Shown here: positions 50,572 through 59,572 of the stretch, piece after piece
Numbering within the stretch: the stretch's first letter is position 1
Layout of the letters: every line of letters begins with the position of its first letter
The notes under the pieces: model-generated
What the model saw: the letters and a program-made list of their open reading frames with translations, nothing else
Databases searched by the model: none
Told to the model about the DNA's origin: nothing
DNA from: Cyanobacteria bacterium auto_48_18
GTDB taxonomy: Bacteria; Cyanobacteriota; Vampirovibrionia; Obscuribacterales; Obscuribacteraceae
Reading direction: 5' to 3'
DNA length: 64,000 nt
Assembly: GCA_036170915.1 (NCBI GenBank)
Contig: JAVHQC010000022.1
Coordinates: forward strand, 191,420 to 255,419
Translations under genes and position numbers: made by a program

Positions 50572-51268
50572 ACTGCTTGGTCGATTTGTCTAAGTCAGGC
50601 ATTTTGATAGTTGCCATAACGCTTGTACTGGTGGGTCTCAGCACTCTTCTCAAATACCTGGCGTCAGTCTCCCACGGCTTGGGTAAGTATCCTGTCAGTT
50701 TTTTCAAGCTCCGTTTTGCCGCCATGGTGCGCTCTTCATCCTGATAATAGCCAGCGCCCAAACCAATACCCTTATACGTCAAGCCTTTTTCGTCTCCAGC
50801 CTCATTGCGCACTACAATCAGCAGTTCTTGAATGCAGCGGTTGAAAAGTTCGGGATCTTTGTCGACCTGATTTGATAGTTTCTCTTCTAGTGCTGTGGCG
50901 TAAAGATTATGCACGTCTATGTCATCAGGGTCTAGCTTCACAGCCTTAGCGAGCAGCACTATAGCTCGTTGATAATTGTGGTGGCGCAGATGTTGTCTGG
51001 CTGTCATAAGCAAAGTACGAGCGTTGGTTTCGCCGAAGACGTCATCGTAGTCGCGCAGAGGCTGCTGAGTCTCTGTGTCTGAATTTAGATTTGCATTTAG
51101 ATTTGCATTTGCATTTGTATTTGTATTTTGACTGGTACTTTGGGCCTGAGCTATGCTGCCACTGGCGCCCCAGTCATTGCAGCAAGAAGCTAGTAATAGC
51201 ACCAGGGTCAGAAACTGAGTGCGAAATTTAACTGTTATATTGATTTTTGGACTGCTTAAGAATGTCAT
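50552..51268 (-). CDS. Exported TPR-like hypothetical protein
   Basis: Signal peptide, Asn-rich linker, TPR-like AIVLLAKAVKLDPDD; start uncertain (51268 or 51328). Confidence 0.7.
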   Translation of the reverse strand: MTFLSSPKINITVKFRTQFLTLVLLLASCCNDWGASGSIAQAQSTSQNTNTNANANLNANLNSDTETQQPLRDYDDVFGETNARTLLMTARQHLRHHNYQRAIVLLAKAVKLDPDDIDVHNLYATALEEKLSNQVDKDPELFNRCIQELLIVVRNEAGDEKGLTYKGIGLGAGYYQDEERTMAAKRSLKKLTGYLPKPWETDARYLRRVLRPTSTSVMATIKMPDLDKSTKQSKTGNR

Positions 51269-51640
51269 TTTTCTCTGCTCGTTTCGGCGATGCTTGCCTA
51301 TGAAAACAGAGCAGCAGTATTGTGTCAAATGGCTCTGTGATTGCTTTGTAAAGACTTCTATACAGTCTTCTTGCAGTCTTTACGTAGTATCGCATGTGGT
51401 GTGTAGTACGCAAAACGGCCCCGGTACAGCTTAATGCTTGTCACTCAAGTCATTGCTCTTAAACTTCCTTGCTTAGACAGAAAAATTTTGCATCGAAAAA
51501 AGGGCTTTCAGGATTTTCTGTAAAGGAACAAAAATATAAAAATATTTGCCCCAAGAATATTTGGTGCAAAAACATTGAACTTTTTGCTCTGTTTTTACGT
51601 TGTTAGTAATAGAGACTCAACAGCAATGGAGGTTTAAGCT

Positions 51641-51724
51641 GTGGAAGAAATTTTGTATTGCGCCGGTTGTTTGTTTTCGGCAATTTATTTGTTGATCTTG
51701 GCCGTCTGGGTGACCAGGCTATGA
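51641..51724 (+). CDS. Candidate 27-aa single-TM small protein
   Basis: GGAGG 8 nt before GTG; MEEILYCAGCLFSAIYLLILAVWVTRL*. Confidence 0.45.
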   Translation: MEEILYCAGCLFSAIYLLILAVWVTRL

Positions 51725-51793
51725 TCTTTTTCACCTATATAGGCAGTAAAAAATGCCATACTTGACGACCGTTGCCATTGGGAGAATATCCTC

Positions 51794-52999
51794 ATTACGG
51801 TCTCTAGTCTTAAATCACCGCAGTACTTGCCGGCCGTGGACGGCCTGCGCGCTATATCTATACTCGGAGTACTGGCTTTTCACGGTGTCAATTTCTTACA
51901 TTGTGTCTTTGGCCGGGGCGGCTGGTTGGGCGTTGACATATTTTTCGTGATTTCAGGTTTTCTCATTTCACGCCTGGCCTTTGCCGAAATTGAACGCACT
52001 GGCAGCTTTAACGTCAAACGTTTCTTCACCAGCCGGCTATTGCGCATTAGCCCGGCAGTCTGGGTGATGCTCGCCTTTTGCGCCATATTCAATCCGTTCA
52101 ATACGGTTGAGAGCGTCAATAGAACGGCCATTGCCATCGCCGCGCTCAATTTGACTGACTATGATTTGGCCCTGCAATGGGGCAATTCTGGAAAATCACT
52201 GGTGGCCGTTTGCTGGTCGCTGGCAATTGAAGAGAAATTTTATCTACTCTTCCCTTTTCTGATGCTTTTCTACAAACGCTTTCGCACTCCCGCCGTAATC
52301 GTGGCGCTGATTGTGGTAGCTGAGGCCTGGAAAGGTTATTTGATTAGTTCAGGAGTTGATTGGGTGCGCATCACCGCTGCTTTTGACACCAGGTTTGACG
52401 AGATTCTGTTTGGTTGCCTGGGCGCCAGTATCCTGTCTCAGGCCCAGGGTGCAAGACAACCCGCCAAACAGTACGTTGATAGAGCCATGAAGTTATTGGC
52501 GCATCCGCTGACAACGACGGTGATTGTCATTGCCGCCTGGTATTTGTTGCGGCACTTCATGCATCCTACCGAATTAATTACCACCGCTCAGAAACAGCTC
52601 TACTGGCTCTTGTTTGTACCTATCTTTGCTTCTCTAATTAGTTTGCTACTGATGTCTTTTGCCCTGGCACAGTCATACGGGCGTGTTAGCTGGGTGGCTA
52701 GATTGCTTAGCGTGCCACCAATGCTGGCTGTGGGAAAACTTTCTTACAGCATTTACTTGTGGCACTCTGTGGCCTTTTTCGCTATTACTCAGATATTGGG
52801 AGACGTGGGTATTGTCTCTGATCTGGCTAAAGTGGCGTTTACGCTAGTGGTTGCTACCGCCTCTTATTTCTTGATTGAAAAACCATTCTTGACGATTAAG
52901 AAGCGCATGGCCGTTAGAGCTTTAGATCTGAAACTTGATGACGCAGTAACCGCAGGTGGTGCACAAAAAGTGCCGACTGCCATTTCTACCGGGGTTTAA
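51794..52999 (+). CDS. Acyltransferase-3 (OafA-like) O-acyltransferase
   Basis: YLPAVDGLRA, GVDIFFVISGFLI, WSLAIEEKFY, SYSIYLWH, SYFLIEKP; start ATT 51794 or TTG 51827. Confidence 0.9.
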   Translation: MTVSSLKSPQYLPAVDGLRAISILGVLAFHGVNFLHCVFGRGGWLGVDIFFVISGFLISRLAFAEIERTGSFNVKRFFTSRLLRISPAVWVMLAFCAIFNPFNTVESVNRTAIAIAALNLTDYDLALQWGNSGKSLVAVCWSLAIEEKFYLLFPFLMLFYKRFRTPAVIVALIVVAEAWKGYLISSGVDWVRITAAFDTRFDEILFGCLGASILSQAQGARQPAKQYVDRAMKLLAHPLTTTVIVIAAWYLLRHFMHPTELITTAQKQLYWLLFVPIFASLISLLLMSFALAQSYGRVSWVARLLSVPPMLAVGKLSYSIYLWHSVAFFAITQILGDVGIVSDLAKVAFTLVVATASYFLIEKPFLTIKKRMAVRALDLKLDDAVTAGGAQKVPTAISTGV

Positions 53000-54133
53000 A
53001 TGACTACTCTCATCACTCCTGTATTGGTTGAAAACAAAGGTGAAAGCGCTGCGCATAGTGAGCCAGCGCCTCCAGTCATCAAGAAAACTGCCATCAAAGA
53101 AGACGGCAATACTTTTAATATCGTCAGGCTTGTTGCGGCATTAATGGTGATTTTCTCGCATTGCTTCCCTCTGCTGGCCAAGCCTGATAGAACTGGCTAC
53201 GGCGAATGGCAAGGGCCCCTGGCTGTGTGGATTTTCTTTGTCATCAGTGGCTTTTTGATTACCGGCAGCTACAAGCACACTGGCAACATAGCCATTTTTA
53301 TTGGTTCGCGAGTACTCAGAGTCTGGCCGGCCTTGATTGCAGTGACTTTGATTTCTGTTTTTCTGATTGGTCCTGCTGTTACAACTTGCAGCCTGCCTGC
53401 ATATTTTGCTGACCCGGCCACCTCTAACTATCTAAAGAATATCCAGCTGCTTTATATTCACTACCCTCTTCCTGGGGTGTTTGAGCACAATTTTTATCCT
53501 GGTGCTGTAAATGGATCAATCTGGTCTATTCCCTTAGAAATACTCATGTATCTGGTCACCTGCGTACTTGGAATTTCAGGCCTGTTGCGTCGTCGTTATT
53601 TGGCTCTGGCAGCATGGACAGTGCTTTTCATTAGCGGCTTGCCCAATATCGGTTCTCCTAATATCGACAAGCTTCAGCCTATTGCCTGGCTGGGTACTCT
53701 GGCAACTATCAAGTATCCGGTGCTGTGCTATTTGACCGGCACACTGCTTTATCTTTTTAAAGAACAAATACGGCCATCCATTCGATTATCGGTTGTACTG
53801 CTGGTGGCCGCTGCACTCTTTGCCAAGATCGATCTCTACACGGCGTCGATAGTGCTCTTACCTCTAGGCATTCTTACTTTCGCCCTGCGGCCAACTAAGA
53901 TCAATTTGTTCAGCAAGCTCGGCGACTATTCTTACGGCATTTATCTGTGGGCTTTCCCTGTGCAACAGCTGCTTGTACATTTCTATCCAAGAATAAGTTT
54001 CTGGCAATTATTCATATTTGCCAGCTTGCTATCAATTGCCTGCGGTGCAATCTCATGGTACATAGTTGAAAAGCCTTGTCTGGCTTTCAAGAAAAAACTA
54101 CCAAAGCTTTACGCCATGTGGGCAGCAGACTAA
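53000..54133 (+). CDS. Acyltransferase-3 O-acyltransferase
   Basis: RLVAA, FFVISGFLI, RVLRVWP, NGSIWSI, DYSYGIYL, SWYIVEKP. Confidence 0.92.
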   Translation: MTTLITPVLVENKGESAAHSEPAPPVIKKTAIKEDGNTFNIVRLVAALMVIFSHCFPLLAKPDRTGYGEWQGPLAVWIFFVISGFLITGSYKHTGNIAIFIGSRVLRVWPALIAVTLISVFLIGPAVTTCSLPAYFADPATSNYLKNIQLLYIHYPLPGVFEHNFYPGAVNGSIWSIPLEILMYLVTCVLGISGLLRRRYLALAAWTVLFISGLPNIGSPNIDKLQPIAWLGTLATIKYPVLCYLTGTLLYLFKEQIRPSIRLSVVLLVAAALFAKIDLYTASIVLLPLGILTFALRPTKINLFSKLGDYSYGIYLWAFPVQQLLVHFYPRISFWQLFIFASLLSIACGAISWYIVEKPCLAFKKKLPKLYAMWAAD

Positions 54134-54163
54134 AAAGCGAAATTTTCTCAGTTAAGCGCAGCT

Positions 54164-55381
54164 TTAAGCTGGGGCCGACCAGCCAAAGCAGTCTAAAGTG
54201 TCATCAATACTGAGGTTGTTGTCTAAGGCGTATGTCACTGCGATAGTGGCCTGCTCTAGCTGAATCAAATTGTGATCAAGATAAGTTTTGCATTGTGCCG
54301 CCAGTTCAAGCACTCGCTGGTCGATTAATTTGGCGTCAAAAAGAGTTTTCAGCAAAGGTTGTCTGTTAGCTAGAGCTAGAGCTGTTGCTATTTGCAGCTC
54401 TTTATCTGAAAGCAGACCCGCCTTTTTGAGAATGTCGGCGACTTCATATTTAGGTTTCTCGTCTTCTTCATCAGACATTTCATTTAGCGCCGAAAGCGCG
54501 CGGTTGAGGTCTTCATTAGAAGTGGCGAACTGAATCTGTTTAACTATCTGAGCGGCCTGATCTTCAAAGAGCATGCCTTCGCGAATCATCTTCAACAAGT
54601 GGTTAATGGCCTGCATACAAGGGCCAGTAGCAAAGCCGCTTTCCACTATAATCTGGTCCAGCGGTTTCTCTTCAGTCGCTTCCAGCTCACGTGCCGCCAT
54701 CAATTGACTTTCCGAGATGGCACCCGCCATTACCAGCAGTTCACCACTACCGAAATCACCCTGCACAATGGTGGTATCAATATTACTTTCTTGCAGTGAC
54801 TGAGTCAGACTGATGGCTCTAAGCCTGGCATTTTTCAGGGCAAAGATTATTTGATTGCGCTCCGCCACTTCCGTACGTATCAGCTTTTGAGCCATGAGCG
54901 CCGAATTGAGGCCGGCGCGGGTAACAATGCCTTTGCTCAAGAGCACCATCCCCAGTGGCAAGCCACTTTCTGCCGCTGCGATCATACTTTCTTCTACTTG
55001 TTTAGGCGAAACATAACCGGCCTGCATCAAAATTTCGCCCAGGCGATTGCTGGTGGGTACCGGCTTAACTTCGGCTTTAGGTGCCAGTTTGAGCAAGGCG
55101 TCGTCAAGGCTTAAACCTTCTCTAGCGACAATATTGAGAGCGCGCACAGCGTGATCGACGGGCAATGCTTTGTCTTTAATGCGCGATTGCACTTCGATAG
55201 CTGTGGCCAGCAGTGGATCGGACAAATGCCCGTGCATAGTAAGAATGCGGCCAATGGGCAGGCGCATTTTGACCGCTAATCTGTTTACTTCATCCAAAAG
55301 TTCTGGTGCGACGATCCCGCTACGAACAAGCAGATCCCCGATTTGCATTGTGGCAGCGTTGGCTGTCGCTTCTTCGGACAT
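54164..55381 (-). CDS. Protein built of four MshEN-like repeats
   Basis: IGDLLVRSGIV/PIGRIL, RLGEILMQAGYV/PLGMVL, SGELLVMAGAI/PLDQII, VADILKKAGLL/PLLKTL. Confidence 0.75.
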   Translation of the reverse strand: MSEEATANAATMQIGDLLVRSGIVAPELLDEVNRLAVKMRLPIGRILTMHGHLSDPLLATAIEVQSRIKDKALPVDHAVRALNIVAREGLSLDDALLKLAPKAEVKPVPTSNRLGEILMQAGYVSPKQVEESMIAAAESGLPLGMVLLSKGIVTRAGLNSALMAQKLIRTEVAERNQIIFALKNARLRAISLTQSLQESNIDTTIVQGDFGSGELLVMAGAISESQLMAARELEATEEKPLDQIIVESGFATGPCMQAINHLLKMIREGMLFEDQAAQIVKQIQFATSNEDLNRALSALNEMSDEEDEKPKYEVADILKKAGLLSDKELQIATALALANRQPLLKTLFDAKLIDQRVLELAAQCKTYLDHNLIQLEQATIAVTYALDNNLSIDDTLDCFGWSAPA

Positions 55382-57501
55382 TAATCTCTCTTACTGGTGC
55401 GGGCGAGAACGATAGGGAAGGTGCCTTCTTTAGCCTCGGCATGAGCGTCAACAGCGGCTTGAATTAGTGATTCAAGGTCTTCACCGTCAGAAGGTAGATT
55501 GGCGACACCAAATGCTAGAGAAAGATTCGCTTTGTCGATGCCAGGCACCAGTGGCGTAACTGTTAATGAGTCGAGTACTCGATTGGCCACAAATGCCGCT
55601 TGTGACGCTCTGGTGTTGGGCATGAGAATGGCGAAATCTTGGCCGTAGAAGTGAGCCAGGGTATCTAGTGGTCTTTTGACCAGACCAATACGTGTAGCCG
55701 CAGTTGCCAGGGCCTCCACCGGTAAAGGATCTTTTTCGATAATGCCACTATTGCCGGTGCGCTTAAGCATTAGTTCGAAGACTACAAGCGACATGGGCCA
55801 GTTGTAAGCATCGTAGCGATAGTATTCGTATTCCATAAAGTAGAGCAAAGCTTCGCAGCTCATCACACCAGTATCGGTGCGTACAAAGTTGTAGGCGAGG
55901 TTTTGAATAATCTGTTTGGAATCGCCCAGAAAATCTAAGGCGCCACCACGGGTAGCGGCAGGTGGCCGAATTTCAAGCAAGTTGCAGTAGAGCAAATTGA
56001 AAAGTAGCGGTGCCCATTGAGTCTGCTCCATCGGCCGATCGCGCAGCAGATCTGTAAAAGTGGTTTTATGTTTGAGCGACTCATAAACTTCTTTTTGCGT
56101 GGCAAAGTCTAGTGGCACACCTTTAGTCAACATCAATTTCAGTTCAGGCTCACCCAGATTTTTTTGTTTCTGAGCCAGAATTGATTCGTAAACCAAACCA
56201 GCTCTCTCAAGAAATTTGAGCTGGTCCAAAAGGGCTATCCCTTCCAACACTGAAGTTTGTAAACTTTTTTCTACCGAATGCATCTCGGTGCGCACGCTCG
56301 GTTTAAAAAGAAAGTTGCCTGAGCGCCAGGTGACCAGTTCTTTAATCGCTTCGTCACCGCGGTTTGTTGAGGTTTGAGCGTCTTTAGGAATTCCGTTTTC
56401 AAAATAAACATGACCTACTGCGGCCGGACCGGCCACTTCCAATTTGCCGGTCAATTGCTGCATACCAATTGTGGTCAGCACATTGTTCATAGGATTGGTT
56501 TCAATAGAGCCCTCCATCTGGGAGGCCGGTCTCACCGGTGCAGCGGCTATGGTGGCCGGAGCATCTGAGAAGAAGTCGGCAGGCAAAGTGCCATCAGGCA
56601 TCTGGTTGCTGGGGGCAACTTGACTAGGAGCTGGACCGGGCTTGACTACAGGGTTGAAGCTGCTGCTGGAAAAACCAGGATTAGGCTGGGGAAAATTATT
56701 GGGTGCCTGAGGCGGTGCCAAGTTGTTGTTAGCGGCGGGCTGATATTGAGCAAAGTTGCCCGTAGCTGAGGCTTGCTGTATTGCCTGGGCAAAACTACCG
56801 CTAGGTGTATTTGCTTGCGTCTGTGGCTGCTGAAAGTTGCCTGTTGGTGGTGATTGAAAACTTCCGCTGGCCTGGTTTTGAAAATTTCCGGTTGATTGAT
56901 TTTGGAAACTTCCTGTCGATTGAGTTTGGGGCACATTCTGGAAACTTGACGACTGTTGGTTAATGGGCTCTACGCGCCAACCGTCAGTAGCAGCAGGATT
57001 AGTCTGTTGCTGGCCATTCGCCTGAGGGTTGGGTACAACAGGCTGATTACCGGAATTGGTGAAGGTTGTGCCCGATGGTGACATAGCAGCCATGCCCTGG
57101 CGCGTACCAAATTGACCGCTCACATTTGGCTTAAATGACCCGGTGGCTTGCGATTGCACCGCCTGCACCGTTCCTGTGGTTTTCTGGTGGGCAACATCAA
57201 GCATGGCCACCACATCGTAGATCATGTGTACGTCTGAAGTTTCAAAACGCCAGACCATCTTCGATTCGCGACCGTCGTTTTCCCAAATGTTCCAGACCGG
57301 ATGGGGCGTTACCCTGTCAAATTTGACGTGGATGCTGAATGACCGATAAGTATCGGGCACCTGCCAAACGAGCTCGACTTCCCGCGCACGATTCTCGCGG
57401 GCTTGCTCGTATAGCGACTGCAGCTCCTTGACGCCTGGTGCGACAGTTTGCTTCGGAAGCCTGATTTTAGATTGGTCGGAACCTCTGCCTGGACGAAACA
57501 T
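55381..57501 (-). CDS. DUF4388 + degenerate GGDEF-domain protein
   Basis: LTGKLEV..GHVYFENG..A..EL..W.SG.F.F (DUF4388); RPLD-x5-YGQDF, FAILMPNT, LAFGVA.LP.DG. Confidence 0.82.
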   Translation of the reverse strand: MFRPGRGSDQSKIRLPKQTVAPGVKELQSLYEQARENRAREVELVWQVPDTYRSFSIHVKFDRVTPHPVWNIWENDGRESKMVWRFETSDVHMIYDVVAMLDVAHQKTTGTVQAVQSQATGSFKPNVSGQFGTRQGMAAMSPSGTTFTNSGNQPVVPNPQANGQQQTNPAATDGWRVEPINQQSSSFQNVPQTQSTGSFQNQSTGNFQNQASGSFQSPPTGNFQQPQTQANTPSGSFAQAIQQASATGNFAQYQPAANNNLAPPQAPNNFPQPNPGFSSSSFNPVVKPGPAPSQVAPSNQMPDGTLPADFFSDAPATIAAAPVRPASQMEGSIETNPMNNVLTTIGMQQLTGKLEVAGPAAVGHVYFENGIPKDAQTSTNRGDEAIKELVTWRSGNFLFKPSVRTEMHSVEKSLQTSVLEGIALLDQLKFLERAGLVYESILAQKQKNLGEPELKLMLTKGVPLDFATQKEVYESLKHKTTFTDLLRDRPMEQTQWAPLLFNLLYCNLLEIRPPAATRGGALDFLGDSKQIIQNLAYNFVRTDTGVMSCEALLYFMEYEYYRYDAYNWPMSLVVFELMLKRTGNSGIIEKDPLPVEALATAATRIGLVKRPLDTLAHFYGQDFAILMPNTRASQAAFVANRVLDSLTVTPLVPGIDKANLSLAFGVANLPSDGEDLESLIQAAVDAHAEAKEGTFPIVLARTSKRD

Positions 57502-57685
57502 AAGTGATTCTTCATTAGTAATTAGGTTACTAGTTTAAGGTACCACGGCAAGATTGACATCAATCTCACCAATCTCATATACGAAAGAAAAGAGGCAAAG
57601 CTTGTATTACTCTCATGGGAAGCGGGTTGCTGTGTGATAGCATCTTGCCATCTGGTCTTTAGACTTGCTGCTACTCAGGAGTTCC

Positions 57686-58495
57686 GTGTCGTTTCGAGTT
57701 GAAGTTTCTGCGCTTGCCAAGCGCTATAATATTTACGCCCGCCCGGTTGACCGGCTCAAAGAGCTGATGTGGCGGAATACTCGTAGTTATCACAAAGAAT
57801 ATTGGGCGTTAAGAGACATTAACATCCAATTTGCTCAAGGCGTCACAGCTTTAATTGGCCCCAACGGTTCTGGAAAATCTACGCTTTTACAGATCATTGC
57901 CGGAGTGCTTGAACCCACTGAAGGTACTGTTAAACGAAACGGCCGCATAACAGCCATATTAGAGCTCGGTGCCGGCTTTCAGGCCGACTTTAGCGGCCGC
58001 GAAAATGTGATTTTAAACGGCATGATTTTAGGTATGTCGCAAGACGAAATTATGGGCAGACTCGACTCTATTGCCGAATTTGCTGAACTGGGTGATTTTT
58101 TCGATCAACCAATCAAGACTTATTCAAGCGGTATGGTGGTGCGATTGGCCTTTGCCACCGCAGTTAGTGTGGACCCCGAGATTTTGATTGTAGATGAGGC
58201 CCTGGCAGTGGGCGATTCTTATTTCCAGAAGAAGTGTAAAGACCACATCTGGAAGATGAAAGAGCTTGGTAAGACCATTATTTTTTGTACCCACGATATG
58301 GGCGCGGTTAAAGACTGGTGCCAGCACGCCGTGCTTTTGAATGGCGGAAAAATAATGAGGCAGGGGCCAGTGCAAGAAGTGGTGCCTTTGTTTGAAGAAT
58401 TGATGGACAATCGCGAGCTGGTAGTAGAGAAGAAATTCACTGCACCGGTGGCGGTGGCCAAACCCAAGCGATTCAGCGAGCCACAGTCTGTTTAA
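57686..58495 (+). CDS. Polysaccharide ABC exporter ATP-binding subunit (Wzt/TagH-like)
   Basis: WALRDI, GPNGSGKST, YSSGM..RLAFA, DEALAVGD; AGGAG SD before GTG 57686. Confidence 0.92.
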   Translation: MSFRVEVSALAKRYNIYARPVDRLKELMWRNTRSYHKEYWALRDINIQFAQGVTALIGPNGSGKSTLLQIIAGVLEPTEGTVKRNGRITAILELGAGFQADFSGRENVILNGMILGMSQDEIMGRLDSIAEFAELGDFFDQPIKTYSSGMVVRLAFATAVSVDPEILIVDEALAVGDSYFQKKCKDHIWKMKELGKTIIFCTHDMGAVKDWCQHAVLLNGGKIMRQGPVQEVVPLFEELMDNRELVVEKKFTAPVAVAKPKRFSEPQSV

Positions 58496-58522
58496 GAAGT
58501 CTAAAAGTTCAAAAGTGAAGAT

Positions 58523-59572
58523 ATGTCGAATTTAGTTTCAATACTCTTGCCCGTTTATAATGGCCAGAAATATCTGAAATCGGCCATTGACAGTGTTTTA
58601 GCCCAGACACATCAAGACTTTGAGTTACTTGCCTGCGATGATTGCTCAACTGATGATTCATATGCAATTTTAGAGGAATGTGCGGCAGCAGACGAGCGCA
58701 TCAAAATTGTTAGAAACCAAACGCAGCAAGGTCTATTCGGAAATTACAATCAGTGTTGGCAGAGGGCTCAAGGCACACTGATTAAGCCATTTGCCCAGGA
58801 CGATATTCTTTACCCGCAGTATTTGGCGGAAGGTGTAAAAACACTTGCTCAAAATTCACATATAAAACTGATGCTCAGCGCTCGCAATTTAATAGACGAG
58901 AACGGCGCTACTTTAGAGACCGTATCACCACTGCCTGCCGGTCTTTATAAAGGCGAAGACCTGATCACCTGGAGCTTGATTTTTCTTACTAATAAGCTCG
59001 GAGAGCCGGTCACCGGCATGTTTAGAGCGGCTGATTTAGATTATGGTTATGACACCAGATATTTTCATTATGGTGATCTAGAGTTGTGGTTTCGCCTGCT
59101 TTCTCAGGGTGATTTATCATTCAATGATCAGGTGCTTTGTGCCTTCCGCCGTCACGAGGGTGGTACTACAACGGCCAATCACCGTCATCTGTTTGACCTA
59201 ATTGATGCCATGCGTATTTGTCGGCAGTATTACAGCTATCTGGAAAAAATCGGTGAAACTAAAGAGCACCTCTACCGCCGTTTAGTAGAATATGCGGCGC
59301 TTTCAGTGGCCCATTTAACTGCCGAAACTGGTGGTAACGAAAGCATGGTGCGCCGGCATGGTGCCGAACCTGGCCCCAACTGCGGTATCAATGCCGACGA
59401 TGATTTTGCCGAGCTGCTTTATTTATCGCTCGCTTACATTACACCGCTGATGGCAGAGTTAGATCATGCTAAAGGTTGCTTGACCGAGTTAGAAGGTCTG
59501 CGTGCTCAGATGAACTCACGCAGTCACCAGGCCGTGGGCTGGTTGATGACTTCGCTCAGGCGGGGGCGTTAA
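58523..59572 (+). CDS. Glycosyltransferase family 2
   Basis: LPVYNG..YL..AIDSVL.QT, DDCSTD, AQDD, DLELW. Confidence 0.9.
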   Translation: MSNLVSILLPVYNGQKYLKSAIDSVLAQTHQDFELLACDDCSTDDSYAILEECAAADERIKIVRNQTQQGLFGNYNQCWQRAQGTLIKPFAQDDILYPQYLAEGVKTLAQNSHIKLMLSARNLIDENGATLETVSPLPAGLYKGEDLITWSLIFLTNKLGEPVTGMFRAADLDYGYDTRYFHYGDLELWFRLLSQGDLSFNDQVLCAFRRHEGGTTTANHRHLFDLIDAMRICRQYYSYLEKIGETKEHLYRRLVEYAALSVAHLTAETGGNESMVRRHGAEPGPNCGINADDDFAELLYLSLAYITPLMAELDHAKGCLTELEGLRAQMNSRSHQAVGWLMTSLRRGR

